This document shows positions 1-40,213 of a stretch of 64,000 nucleotides of DNA, piece by piece. Position 1 is the first letter of the stretch. Each line of letters opens with the position of its first letter. The position numbers and the translations under genes are program-made. The DNA comes from Enoplolaimus lenunculus. Lineage: Eukaryota. The notes below the pieces were generated by a model. That model made no database searches. It was not told where the DNA came from and worked only from the letters and a program-made list of their open reading frames with translations. The DNA lies in contig JASANG010000266.1 of assembly GCA_030248215.1 (NCBI GenBank), positions 1 through 64,000 of the forward strand, given 5' to 3'.

Positions 1-3000
1 TGAAAATAGTCATCATCTATATCTTTGACGGCCTGTCTTTCAGTGTTAACATGCTTGCGGTCAGTGAAACAAGAAACATATAGGCCCAACGAACATTCTA
101 TCTGTTAAGCTATAAATTGGCACTATGGGTTTTCAAGGCTTTTTAAAGTCAAACTCTCAACATGCCTTTCGTATAACAGTCAGTTGCTTTTTAAAAGTTA
201 TCTCAGTTAAGCGCCAGCAGAACATGTTCTTTGAAATATTTATCAACGTTTGAATTGTATTTTCTAGATGAATAGCTTAAATATGTCACGGCACAGAACA
301 CAATTTGGAAAAGTTTCTCGACTTCACATCATCAAAATGTCATGGTAAAGATAGCTAAAATAGTCGAGCACGTATGCGTGACATTTTTTATTCGATAATA
401 AATAGACGCAATTTGTAATCTTGCAATATTGAAATATATACTAATTAAGTTTTAGAAACATAATATTTTAAAGACTCAAAAATATCCTCTTCCAATGAAG
501 AAGTGCTAGATTATATCACTATATAAACTGAACATTGTAAAACCCAACAAACGCTACACCATACACAAATTGGACAGCTAAACGTCTCATTTAAGTTATT
601 AAAAGTTTGATTTTTGTAATTTTTCGAAAAAATTGTATTACAAATATGTAGTTCTACTGAAATTGCTAACTAAGACAATAATATTTTGTAATAACCTCAA
701 ATGCATTATAGCTAAGAACAGGCTGCTTTTTGGTGGATTGCAATGGAGCAAGTGTACGCTTTAGACTTATATTTTGTTTAGGCTTAGGCGTATGCTTAGT
801 AGTAGACTTAGCATAAAACCTCACCGTATCCCATGTAAAAGAAAGAAACTAGGTAAAAGTGCCCCTAGAAGGGACAGATTGTGATATGTTTCGCTTGAAG
901 CATGTAAAAGAGTTTAAACAAGGGTTAGTTAGACCATAGATCAGTAGGTAATGTTTATAATATTAGCTCCATAACTTCTATGAAAATAGTTGTCATCTAT
1001 ATCTTTGACGGCTGTCTTTCAGTGTTAACATGCTTGCGGTCAGTGAAACAAGAAACATATGGGCGCAACGAACTTTCATCTGTTAAGCTATAAATTGACA
1101 CTATGGGTTTTCAAGGCGTTCTAAAGTACAACTCTCAACATGCCTTTCGTATAACAGTCAGTTGCTTTTTAAAAGTTATCTCAGTTAAGCGCCAGCAGAA
1201 CATGTTCTTTGAAATATTTATCAACGTTTGAATTGTATTTTCTAGATGAATAGCTTAAATATGTCACGGCACAAAACACAATTTGGAAAAGTTTCTCGAC
1301 TTCACATCATCAAAATGTCATGGTAAAGATAGCTAAAATAGTCGAGCACGTATGCGTGACATTTTTTATTCGATAATCAATAGACGCAATTTGTAATCTT
1401 GCAATATTGAAATATATACTAATCAAGTTTTAGAAACATAATATTTTAAAACTCAAAAAATATCCCCTTCCAATGAAGAATGCTAGATTATATCACTTAT
1501 AAACTGAACATTGTAAAACCCAACAAACGCTAAAATTAAGCTGATAGGTGATGTCCGCTGGGCCCATATGTTTCTTGTTTCACTGATCGCAAGCGTGTTA
1601 ATGCACAGTTCACAATAACTTTTGAGTGACTGCCACCGATTTGTACCGGTGTTAGGGTTACCTCATGTCCACATTTTAAAATTTACACTCGTTAGCCTCA
1701 CCCTAACGAATGTTTCTCCGTTAGCCTCACCCTAACGAGTGTAACAGAAAATTATTTTTGACACTCGTTAGGGTGGGGCTAACAATATCACAGACACTCA
1801 TAACCACAATACAAACACGACACAAACGCTGTGTGTGTTTGTTATGTGTATTAACACAAAACAAGAACATATGCCCAGCGGACATCACCTATCAGCTTAA
1901 TTTTAGCGTTTGTTGGGTTTTACAATGTTCAGTTTATAAGTGATATAATCTAGCATTCTTCATTTGAAGGGGATATTTTTTAGTTTTAAAATATTATGTT
2001 TCTAATTGATTAGTATATATTTCAATATTGCAAGATTACAAATTGCGTCTATTGATTATCGAATAAAAAATGTCACGCATACGTGCTCGACTATTTTAGC
2101 TATCTTTACCATGACATTTTGATGATGTGAAGTCGAGAAACTTTTCCAAATTGTGTTTTGTGCCGTGACATATTTAAGCTATTCATCTAGAAAATACAAT
2201 TCAAACGTTGATAAATATTTCAAAGAACATGTTCTGCTGGCGCTTAACTGAGATAACTTTTAAAAAGCAACTGACTGTTATACGAAAGGCATGTTGAGAG
2301 TTGTACTTTAGAACGCCTTGAAAACCCATAGTGTCAATTTATAGCTTAACAGATGAAAGTTCGTTGGGCCCATATGTTTCTTGTTTCACTGACCGCAAGC
2401 ATGTTAACACTGAAAGACAGCCGTCAAAGATATAGATGACAACTATTTTCATAGAAGTTATGGAGCTAATATTATAAACATTACCTACTGATCTATGGTC
2501 TAACTAACCCTTGTTTAAACTCTTTTACATGCTTCAAGCGAAACATATCACAATCTGTCCCTTCTAGGGGCACTTTTACCTAGTTTCTTTCTTTTACATG
2601 GGATACGGTGAGGTTTTATGCTAAGTCTACTACTAAGCATACGCCTAAGCCTAAACAAAATATAAGTCTAAAGCGTACACTTGCTCCATTGCAATCAGCA
2701 GCCTGTTCTAAGCTATAATGCATTTGAGGTTATTACAAAATATTATTGTCTTAGTTAGCAATTTCAGTAGAACTACATATTTGTAATACAATTTTTTCGA
2801 AAAATTACAAAAATCAAACTTTTAATAACTTAAATGAGACGTTTAGCTGTCCAATTTGTGTATGGTGTGTCAAAGGTCTAGATGACAACTTTTTTCATAG
2901 ATGTTATGGAGCTAATTTTATAAGCATTACCTACTGATGTATGGTCTAACTAACCTTTGTTTAAACTCTTTTACATGCTTCAAGCGAAACATATCACAAT

Positions 3001-6000
3001 CTGTCTCTTATAGGGGCAGCTTTTACCTAGTTTCTTTCTTTTACATGTGGATGGGAGGTTATTAACTAAAAAATTTTACTACAGTGTTAGTTAGCAATTT
3101 CAGCTAGAACAAACATCGCAGGACACGTAATCTATTGCACGGTGTATATTAGCATCATCACAATAATATCGACTAGCTATGGTAATTAACATATTTGTAA
3201 TGCAATATTTATCGAAAAATATATCAAAAATCAATTAACACGCTTGCGGTCAGTGAAACAAGAAACATATGGGCCCAGCGGACATCACCTATCAGCTTAA
3301 TTTTAGCGTTTGTTGGGTTTTACAATGTTCAGTTTATAAGTGATATAATCTAGCATTCTTCATTGGAAGGGGATATTTTTTGAGTTTTAAAATATTATGT
3401 TTCTAAAACTTGATTAGTATATATTTCAATATTGCAAGATTACAAATTGCGTCTATTGATTATCGAATAAAAAATGTCACGCATACGTGCTCGACTATTT
3501 TAGCTATCTTTACCATGACATTTTGATGATGTGAAGTCGAGAAACTTTTCCAAATTGTGTTTTGTGCCGTGACATATTTAAGCTATTCATCTAGAAAATA
3601 CAATTCAAACGTTGATAAATATTTCAAAGAACATGTTCTGCTGGCGCTTAACTGAGATAACTTTTAAAAAGCAACTGACTGTTATACGAAAGGCATGTTG
3701 AGAGTTGTACTTTAGAACGCCTTGAAAACCCATAGTGTCAATTTATAGCTTAACAGATGAAAGTTCGTTGGGCCCATATGTTTCTTGTTTCACTGACCGC
3801 AAGCATGTTAACACTGAAAGACAGCCGTCAAAGATATAGATGACAACTATTTTCATAGAAGTTATGGAGCTAATATTATAAACATTACCTACTGATCTAT
3901 GGTCTAACTAACCCTTGTTTAAACTCTTTTACATGCTTCAAGCGAAACATATCACAATCTGTCCCTTCTAGGGGCACTTTTACCTAGTTTCTTTCTTTTA
4001 CATGGGATACGGTGAGGTTTTATGCTAAGTCTACTACTAAGCATACGCCTAAGCCTAAACAAAATATAAGTCTAAAGCGTACACTTGCTCCATTGCAATC
4101 CACCAAAAAGCAGCCTGTTCTAAGCTATAATGCATTTGAGGTTATTACAAAATATTATTGTCTTAGTTAGCAATTTCAGTAGAACTACATATTTGTAATA
4201 CAATTTTTTCGAAAAATTACAAAAATCAAACTTTTAATAACTTAAATGAGACGTTTAGCTGTCCAATTTGTGTATGGTGTCTGTCGGTATATGTGCACGT
4301 AAGTGTATGTAAAGCAAATGTTGCCAAGCCTGTGCACATATACCGGTATAAGAAGTTGTTGCAATGACCGCGTGGTGTAGTGGTAGCATGCTTGGCTCGA
4401 GCGCAAGAGGGCCGAGGTTCGATTCCCGGCGTGGTCATTAACTTTGGCAAAACTTCAAACAGGGGTCGTGCAGACCGTATAGTAATTTTTCGAAAAAATT
4501 GTATTACAAATATGTAGTTCTACTGAAATTGCTAACTAAGACAATAATATTTTGTAATAACCTCAAATGCATTATAGCTTAGAACAGGCTGCTTTTTGGT
4601 GGATTGCAATGGAGCAAGTGTACGCTTTAGACTTATATTTTGTTTAGGCTTAGGCGTATGCTTAGTAGTAGACTTAGCATAAAACCTCACCGTATCCCAT
4701 GTAAAAGAAAGAAACTAGGTAAAAGTGCCCCTAGAAGGGACAGATTGTGATATGTTTCGCTTGAAGCATGTAAAAGAGTTTAAACAAGGGTTAGTTAGAC
4801 CATAGATCAGTAGGTAATGTTTATAATATTAGCTCCATAACTTCTATGAAAATAGTTGTCATCTATATCTTTGACGGCTGTCTTTCAGTGTTAACATGCT
4901 TGCGGTCAGTGAAACAAGAAACATATGGGCCCAACGAACTTTCATCTGTTAAGCTATAAATTGATACTATGGGGTTTCAAGGCGTTCTAAAGTACAACTC
5001 TCAACATGCCTTTCGTATAACAGTCAGTTGCTTTTTAAAAGTTATCTCAGTTAAGCGCCAGCAGAACATGTTCTTTGAAATATTTATCAACGTTTGAATT
5101 GTATTTTCTAGATAAATAGCTTAAATATGTCACAGCACAGAACACAATTTGGAAAAGTTTCTCGACTTCACATCATCAAAATGTCATGGTAAAGATAGCT
5201 AAAATAGTCGAGCACGTATGCGTGACATTTTTTATTCGATAATCAATAGACGCAATTTGTAATCTTGCAATATTGAAATATATACTAATCAAGTTTTAGA
5301 AACATAATATTTTAAAACTCAAAAAATATCCCCTTCCAATGAAGAATGCTAGATTATATCACTTATAAACTGAACATTGTAAAACCCAACAAACGCTAAA
5401 ATTAAGCTGATAGGTGATGTCCGCTGGGCCCATATGTTTCTTGTTTCACTGACCGCAAGCGTGTTAACACTGAAAGACAGCCGTCAAAAATATAGATGAC
5501 AATTATTTTCATAGAAGTTATGGAGCTAATATTATAAGCATTACCTACTGATCTATGGTCTAACTATATAACTAGGGAACGACCGGATCCAAAATTTTGC
5601 ACTAACCGGATCCGAATCCGGATCCGGATCTTACTAGCTGGATAATTTTTCAATACTTAACGTATATAAAATACAAATAGTTCAACTGATTGTTTCGCAA
5701 AATTAGTCAACAAAACTTACAGCAACTAAAAAAGAAGTCTTTAAAATTTTTATGTTCTTCTTCCGCAACAACACTGATCTCCACTGGATGTCATTAACCT
5801 GACATTCCAACAAAGCATTAATGCTCACACAGTGCTTATTAGATTAGGTACGCATAGTTGAAATACATACACCAATTTTGGTATGTTTTTGTTTGCATAT
5901 CAAATTTCTCGAAAGGCATGTTGAGAGTTGTACTTTAGAACGCCTTGAAACCCCATAGTATCAATTTATAGCTTAACAGATGAAAGTTCGTTGGGCCCAT

Positions 6001-6507
6001 ATGTTTCTTGTTTCACTGACCGCAAGCATGTTAACACTGAAAGACAGCCGTCAAAGATATAGATGACAACTATTTTCATAGAAGTTATGGAGCTAATATT
6101 ATAAGCATTACCTACTGATCTATGGTCTAACTATATAACCCTTGTTTAAACTCTTTTACATGCTTCAAGCGAAACATATCACAATCTGTCCCTTCTAGGG
6201 GCACTTTTACCTAGTTTCTTTCTTTTACATGGGATACGGTGAGGTTTTATGCTAAGTCTACTACTAAGCATACGCCTAAGCCTAAACAAAATATAAGTCT
6301 AAAGCGTACACTTGCTCCATTGCAATCCACCAAAAAGCAGCCTGTTCTAAGCTATAATGCATTTGAGGTTATTACAAAATATTATTGTCTTAGTTAGCAA
6401 TTTTAGTAGAACTACATATTTGTAATACAATTTTTTCGAAAAATTACAAAAATCAAACTTTTAATAACTTAAATGAGACGTTTAGCTGTCCAATTTGTGT
6501 ATGGTGT
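1..6507. repeat. Array of a ~1-kb unit in tandem and inverted orientations
   Basis: Forward copies at 1-556 (partial), 556-1600 and 4482-5570. Reverse copies at ~1858-2868, 3235-4280 and 5910-6507 (partial). A diverged fragment lies at ~2869-3050. Copies are near-identical, and the three reverse copies end at the same terminus (...TGTATGGTGT), which is where the 556 forward copy starts (ACACCATACA). Confidence 0.92.
4366..4437 (+). tRNA. Atypical tRNA-like gene or pseudogene: CGA anticodon, short variable region
   Basis: GACCGCG/CGTGGTC acceptor stem, D-arm GTGT-AGTGGTA-GCAT, anticodon loop CT-CGA-GC with a G:G mismatch closing the stem, GGTTCGATTCC B box, T-stem with one bulged A. No clean T4 terminator. 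Confidence 0.6.
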
Positions 6508-6697
6508 TTGAAATAGCAAGTTATGGTGTTTCGTAAGTCCGTACTAATATCGTTGCATAGCTAGCGGAAATCAGTGGATTGTTTTGTCCGGCTGTTGTTT
6601 TTGGACCGTTTAGGTTTCTTCTGCGCTGCGTTGCATAGTGTTGAAGACCAACATTATCAGTTTTGTTGTTTAGGTTTGCTTTAGTAAGTAATATGTG

Positions 6698-33095
<26,398 letters not shown>

Positions 33096-35169
33096 TGGCA
33101 ATTAAATAATGCTAACTAATTATTGTTGTTGTACATTATATTTACAAAGAATGACGAATTACTGTGGCAAAATTTTAATAAATATTTTTTCTCAAACATT
33201 AATTGCTGTATTACTGCTGTTTGCCTTTATAATAATATTGTTTTACTGCTTTTTTATTCCATTTTACACGTACATACTTTACCAAAGCATTGAAGGAAAG
33301 CTTGTGCGTAACCACACAGAACAAATAGTTTGATGTCCTTTCTAACGAGAATATGATAAGGGTTATATTTTGTGGTCAAATTTAGATCTAAATCAGTTCC
33401 GTATGCAAAAACTAGTGGACTGTGTGCTTGCGCATTGTGTTTTAGAGTTAAACATTTCCTATAAATTTATGTACGTGTTTATGTTTTTGCAGCCTAATAT
33501 GGCTTGTTCTGGTGTTGTGATTTGTGGGCCGGTCGGTATATGCTATTATCAATATTTGATTAATATAGCGCTTTGTTGAAAAACTTCCAAAAAGTTGAAA
33601 TACGTTCTGACTTTACCACCAGTGTTAATTATATGCAATGTAGTTTTAACGCAATGCACACAGTGTAACTTTTGAATTTGGTTGGTACTTGACAGTTTTA
33701 TTAATGTATCTTTGCGCCATACCATGATACAGCGGAGGGCATGTTTCTATTAAATAGAGAGCACCAGACAGAATACATGAATACATCCAGATGTGACATT
33801 TCATTTCGTAAACCAAATATGTATGTAGTTTAATCTCATTACTTAATCTTAAATTATACAAGCACAAATCTCAGTATACACCGGATCGTGTAGTTTTGCA
33901 TTGAACTGAAATATTACTGTCAAACTAAGGTTTAGACACACTTCTTACATGCAACAGATTTTTTAATTTATTAAAAATTTAGTGCTATTTTTTATTTTTA
34001 ACTGTTTAACCGTCCGCAAACGTAATAGCTTTATTGTTTTTATTGTATGTGTGGTCTTGCTTTGTGGTTGTTCAGGTGATAAGTGGATTACAATGGTCTG
34101 TATATCGGTATGGTTTGCGTTATTGTATAGTCATATTCTATTTATTGACTTGAAGCTGTGCCTCTATTGTTACGCTTTGTGAATTAATGCTTAATATACA
34201 TGTGTTGTTTCTTATTGAGCGTTGACAACTTCATTAACCCGGTCCGACAGATGTAGTATACTAAAAGCGCCTCTGTGCAAACTCTGTGTACAATACATAC
34301 GCAACGCTCAATGTCTGCAATTTTTGAGCGTCAATGTTAGTTTTCAATGTGAGAAAGAGTTAAGTTACGGATTATTTGCGTAAGTACTTTATGCACGTAT
34401 CTTGGTTTATAATAGATCGAATCGAAACTTTAAAATTGAACGTAATCCTGTGATCTTCGAGATAGTACACTCCCAACCAACCAATTCCACTCTATTTTCG
34501 TCTGTTCCTATGATAGTGGCCCTCAATTTTTGCAAAGCGCAATTATCATATAAACTGCATAATATATGCTTTAAATTTTACATAACGAGCTGAAACTCAA
34601 TAATAAAGTATGAAAAAATGTAAATCGCACCTTTGGAGCCTTCGTCATTCAAAAATGTCGATAAGTGATCCTGAAAGTTAATATTTCATAGTTTACAGAT
34701 AGAACAAAAGTATATAAGGTATAACCATGTTCCCGTGAAAGTGTTAAACCTGTAGAACCGCCATCAAGCAATTAAATAAGAAAAGGCAGGGGCCAGTGAT
34801 TTTGTATCTTGGTAAATATTCCATTACAACCATAAGGTCTGAAACTTGCATGCAACTCGATTATTCACCTTGATCTGTAGGTGTGTACTGTTAAGGTTTT
34901 CTAAGGCGATAGTGTCGTTTTATAATTTCTGTTTTGCTAATCAAAATCAATAATTTACATAAATTTTTGAAAGGTTATTCATAAATTCTGATGCCAAATA
35001 AATAGTATTGTGTTTGGTAATTTGTATGTTGATAGGATGCAATCAAATCGTGCTGGCCAAAGTTTGTGTAATTCTAGCTCTAGAGTATAATAGGTATGGC
35101 TCTGGTAGAAAATTCGGGATTTTTTAAAAAAAGCTAAAACAAAAATTTGCCAAGGCTTTATAGCTATCA

Positions 35170-36510
35170 GGGTGCAACCGGAAGTGAAGAATCCCAAAGC
35201 GGAGGATGAACAAAAGTTGACGGATCCGAGGTGACGCGAAAGGTAGCTTAAACAATGTTTAAATTCTTAATTTTAGCAAATCTTAGGCAGGGTGAAACCG
35301 GATTACATTTTTTTGCTTACGCTTTAGCCTTAGGAATACGCTTAATCTACTGCTAGCCACGTAAAGTAACATTGACCAAAACTGATATAAATCACGTATT
35401 TTTCTCATAACTTTTCGTTGCAGACAGGTTGCACCCGGAATTCCGTTTCCGGCATTTTCTCACCTTCTGGCTCCGGTAAATTTTTGCCTAAACTAAAAAT
35501 TCCGGACTTGAAATTTAATAAAGTATCGAAGGTAGATTTCGCTTCTGTGGATTCTGAAAATCTAAAATACAGTAGATAAGGTGAATCTCTCCAACTAGCA
35601 GGGTGCAACCGGAGGTGAAACATACCGGAGTCGGAGGTGATGCGAAATTAGGTTGTAAAAATGATAATAAATTAGTTAATTTTATCCAATATCTGAAATA
35701 TGTTGCTAAGTTGTTTAGTTTTACGCTAATTTTCTGCGAAATTCGGAAATTAAAATGATTTTTTCGGTACATGGTATGTATTTTTCATTATCCGGTTCCG
35801 TTTCGTTTCCAGTAATTTTTTCAAACTCCATTTCCGGTATTTGTAATTCCGGTTGCAGGTGTCCAGGATACAGAAGCTTTTTCTGACTTCTGTGTTCAGG
35901 ATACGGAAGCTTTTTTTATGGCTTCAGTGTCCAGCAGGGTACAACTGGAGGTTTGCCTGCGGCAGATAATCGGCCTCTGGCTCCGGTAGAATTTTTGCCG
36001 GAGGTTCCGGCAATTTCGGTAGTAAATTTTTTACATAATTTTGCAAAATTTATCTGTTTAGCGCGTTTCGTTTTACTTTTGTCGCAATTTTCAGGAAAGA
36101 ATTTTAAAATTTCGCACAAAATTAGCGTATAAAACCAAACATCTTAAAAACATATTGCAGATATTGGCTAAAATTAACTAATTACCGGGGTGCAACCGGA
36201 TGTTAAAAATGCCGGAGCCGGAGGTGAGGCGAAATTAGGTAGTAACGATGATAGTTAACTAGTTAAATTTAGCCAATATCCGCAATATGTTGTTAATTTG
36301 TTTGGTTTTACGCTAATTTTCTGCGAATTTTCGGAAATCCTTTCCTGAAAATTGTGACATAAATAAAACAAAACGCATTCAAACAGATAAATTTTGCAAA
36401 AATTGCCATTAAGCCTTTTCAAAGCCGCTTGTTCAATTAAAGATTTAATTAGTATAACCTCAATCAACTAAAATAAACCATCCAAGGTAGATTTCGCTTC
36501 CGTAAGGAAG
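35170..36510. mobile_element. Cluster of degraded or nested CAGGGTGCAACCGG-type MITE ends
   Basis: Several CAGGGTGCAACCGGA-like termini at ~35168, ~35598, ~35935 and ~36188, with internal fragments matching the CCGGAA family. Confidence 0.65.
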
Positions 36511-36517
36511 TCTAAAA

Positions 36518-37393
36518 TACTGTACGGTATTGACACGAATAAGGGGGGTCCGTATTTTGAGTCTTAATCAATAGGAGTCTGTATCCCTAATAAGAGTCCG
36601 TAAGCGGATAGAGTCCCTAAACCTTATTTAGAGTCCATAAATGTCAATTATCCCAAATTGTAGCGCATAAATGACTCCAGGACCAAATAATTTGAGTTTG
36701 AAACTTTAAAGCGTACTTAAATTTTGAATATACATTCCTAAGTATAACCTTGTATTATCGCTCAACCTACTAGACAAGACAACGTTTAATTCAACGGATA
36801 GTTGCAATACCGGATATATCAGTAACGAAGGGTGGCGAAGGGCGGGATGAAAGAAATTACATTCCGTAACCGAATAACAGGGGGTACGCTCTGGAGAGGC
36901 CAAATAAATATCAGTCCCCTCCTCTTATTCGGGTCACTACAGTACGTTATACTTGATATCCGTTTCCGTTACTTTAGTCACTGTCCGTTCTCGTTTATTA
37001 AACCGACGTCTGGTGATGAACCGATATCAAATGAAATCAAACCAATAAATCTTTTACTGTAATCCTTTTAAGGTAAATTTCAAAGTCACACTACTCGAGC
37101 CAATATTTAAATACTCGTATTTTTACTTCCAAATATTAAATGTATATTGAAAACAAAAGTGGTCTTTAACAGGCAACACGAATAGGTTTTTGGCTTTGAT
37201 TAGAAATTATTCAAAACATACTACTAAACATCATTCAAAATGACTTATGCTGGCACAGAAATTTTTCGAATACCCATGCAGAAAAAAACGTGCGGCGTTC
37301 AGCACGGATATAAAAAATTTTCCTCGTTCGGCGCAATTTGTAGACAACAGAATAAACATCAGTCCCCTCCTCTTATTCGGGTCACTACAGTAA
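36518..37393. mobile_element. TIR element with TA ends, plus ~410-bp flank and a second right-hand TIR
   Basis: TACTGTA..TTGACACGAATAAGGGGGG at the left; CCCCTCCTCTTATTCGGGTCACTACAGTA at ~36915-36944 and again at ~37364-37393. Duplicated at 39394-40213. Confidence 0.7.
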
Positions 37394-38445
37394 TTCAGTG
37401 AATAATCCCTATCTTCAACTCTAAAGTTATTTTACCAATAATACAGCAAAAATTAAATCAAACTAAATTTTTCGGTGGCATGTATTTTTCACTTTCCGGT
37501 TCTGGAATTTCATTTAGAACAATTGCAGCATATCTGTAAAGAAAAATTGCGAGATACATAATGCGGGGTTCACGTTGTAACTGGGACAGCCTGGAACACG
37601 TTCTGTCCATGTTGATTCGACGTTAACATAAAATGTGATCAGAATAGCGGTTATGTAGATAAAATATGAATGTCTTACGACATTGGCTTTAAAATTCTGA
37701 GGTAGTCATCGTATGCAAACAACCATGTGTCACGTGATACCAGGGGATATTTATGCGGATATCATATGATCAGGGTGTAAAGGATAGTAAAAATAACAAA
37801 AATGGATATTGGAGTAAATATATAAATTTCAGATAGGTATATTTTTCGGGCAACACAATTGAGACGTGCAAATGTTCACCGGGCGTTCTAAACTTTTGAA
37901 GAAACAATGGCGGATGCACCGAAAATTTTTAATATTGTCGATGAATCGTATTTTGTTTCAGTACGGTCAAGTGACAAGTGCAGCACATTTGTAATGAAAA
38001 ATTGCGAGAAATTTACGTATATATTGCTAAACTTTGAACATGAAACATAAACCAATTTCCGGTATTTTTATAACGGAAACGGATACCGATTTTTACCGGA
38101 AGCGGATATCCGGTTACACCCCGCATATGATATTCCGAAATTTTACACCGAATATCACATGATATGATGCAGGATAATGCAATTTGTGCGCAGTAGCTTT
38201 AAGTGATACGAATAGTGAACTAGCTTTTTCTGTTTCTGGCGCAAATTTTTTCTAAATATGTTCCTAAGTACAAATCATTCAAACTTCAAATTTTAGTATC
38301 ATATGATATTCGATACGGGACGTTCACGCTAGCTTACCACAACCTTGCAACTGGATGTAAATGGGTAGTAAAAATAACGGAAACAGAAACAGATAGTGAT
38401 CAAAATACCGGAAGCGGCAAACTGATATTGAAGTATAAAAGTTTC

Positions 38446-38628
38446 CGCCAATGTAAAGAACAGGGGCGGAACAGTATTATAAGCATATTCCTAAGTCAAA
38501 GCCTAAGCTTAAGCGTAAGAATGAGCATATTCCTAAGCCTAAGACGCGCACAAAATTAGTCTAAAGCTTAAGCTAACTCTATTGCAGTCCCATAGAAAAA
38601 CGTTCCTCCGCTTTTCTTTACATGGGCC
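38446..38628. mobile_element. MITE carrying degenerate (GCCTAA)n telomere-like repeats
   Basis: GCCAATGTAAAGAA...TTCTTTACATGGGCC ends; internal ACAGTA....AAGCATATTCCTAAG followed by GCCTAA variants. Confidence 0.7.
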
Positions 38629-39393
38629 AAAATTTGAAAAATGCTTTATTTTTTGCCGACACAATTGAGGCGTGCAAATACTCATCGGGTTTTCTAAAAT
38701 TTTACAGAAAAAAATGGCAATGCATCGAAATTTTTAAGATTTTCGATAAATTTCGTAATTTTATTTCATTTCGAACAATGCAGCATATCTGCAATTCTGT
38801 AATAAAAATTGCGAAGATATACATGTGATTTTATAACTAATGTTCAGCGTACAAAACAGAATTTCCGTTATTTCTAGAACGGAAACAGATACCGATTTTG
38901 ACCGGAAGCGGAAACGCATATCCGGTTACACCCTCAATGCTTGCACACATCTTCAAACTTGTCATATACGGACATTTCCAATATCATATGACAATGCAGT
39001 ACAAACAGTGAATGTCACAGGATTGCAGACTATTTAACTTTTTTGAATTTGATAGCTAACCGACTGCAGGCAGAATGTTAGACAGGACAAAACGTGTTCG
39101 AAGTTGCCCCAGTTTTAACGTGAACCCCGTATAAACGCGATTTAACTATTTCTGAGCGTAAAAATGGGCTTTCCAGTATTTCTGTGACGGAAAAGTATAT
39201 CAAGTTACATCCAGCCTTGTAAGTATTATATACAGCCAGGGTACATCGTAGCGCTTCTCCGGCTCCGGTAAAGTTTTTGCCAGAGATTCCGGCAATTTCG
39301 ATAGTGACAAATTGTCGAGATTTTATGAAAAAGTAAAAGTAAAATCACAATTTTTGACGTTTTATATTGGCTAAAACATTGTTCAGACAATCT

Positions 39394-40213
39394 TACTGTA
39401 TTGACCTGAATAAGAAGGGGGGGTCGCCATTTTGAGTCTCAATCAATAAGAGTCCGTATCCCTAATAAGAGTCCGTAAGCGGATGGAGTCCCGAAACCCT
39501 AGAGTCCATAAATGTCAATTATTCCTAAATGTAGCGCATAAATGACTCCAGGACCAAATAATTTGAGTTTGAAACTTTAAAGTTTACTTAAATTTTGAAA
39601 GGACATTCAGTATAACCTTGCATTATCGCTTAAGCTTTTATATAGTTGCAATGCCATAAATATATCAGTAAGGATGGGTGGCGCAGGGCTGGTTCAAAAT
39701 AAATAACAGTCCGTAACCGAATAACAAGGGGGGTACCCTCTGGAAAGACCAAATAAATATCAGTCCCCCTCTTATTGGGGTTACTACAGTACGTTATACT
39801 TGATATCCATTTCCGTTACTTTAGTCACTATCCCTTCTCGTTTAAACCGACGTCTGGTGATGAACCGATATCAAATTAAATCAGACCCTTAAATCTTTTA
39901 CTGTAATCCTTTTAAGGTAAATTTTAACGTCACACTGCTCGAGCCAATATTTAAGTACTCGTAATTTTACTTCCAAATATTAAATGCATATATATGTGTG
40001 TATTATTGAAAACAAAAGTGGTCTGTAACAGGCAACACGAATAGGTTTTTGGCTTTGATTAGGAATTATTCAAAACATACTACTAAACATCATTCAAAAT
40101 GACTTATGCTGGCACAGAAATATTTGGAATACCCGTGCAGAAAAAAACGTGCGGCGTTCAGCACGGATATAAAAAATTTTTCCTCGTTCGGCGCAATTTG
40201 TAGACAACAGAAT
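39394..40213. repeat. Second copy of the ~820-bp segment at 36518-37353
   Basis: Colinear high similarity from TACTGTATTGACCTGAATAAG to TGTAGACAACAGAAT. Confidence 0.85.
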
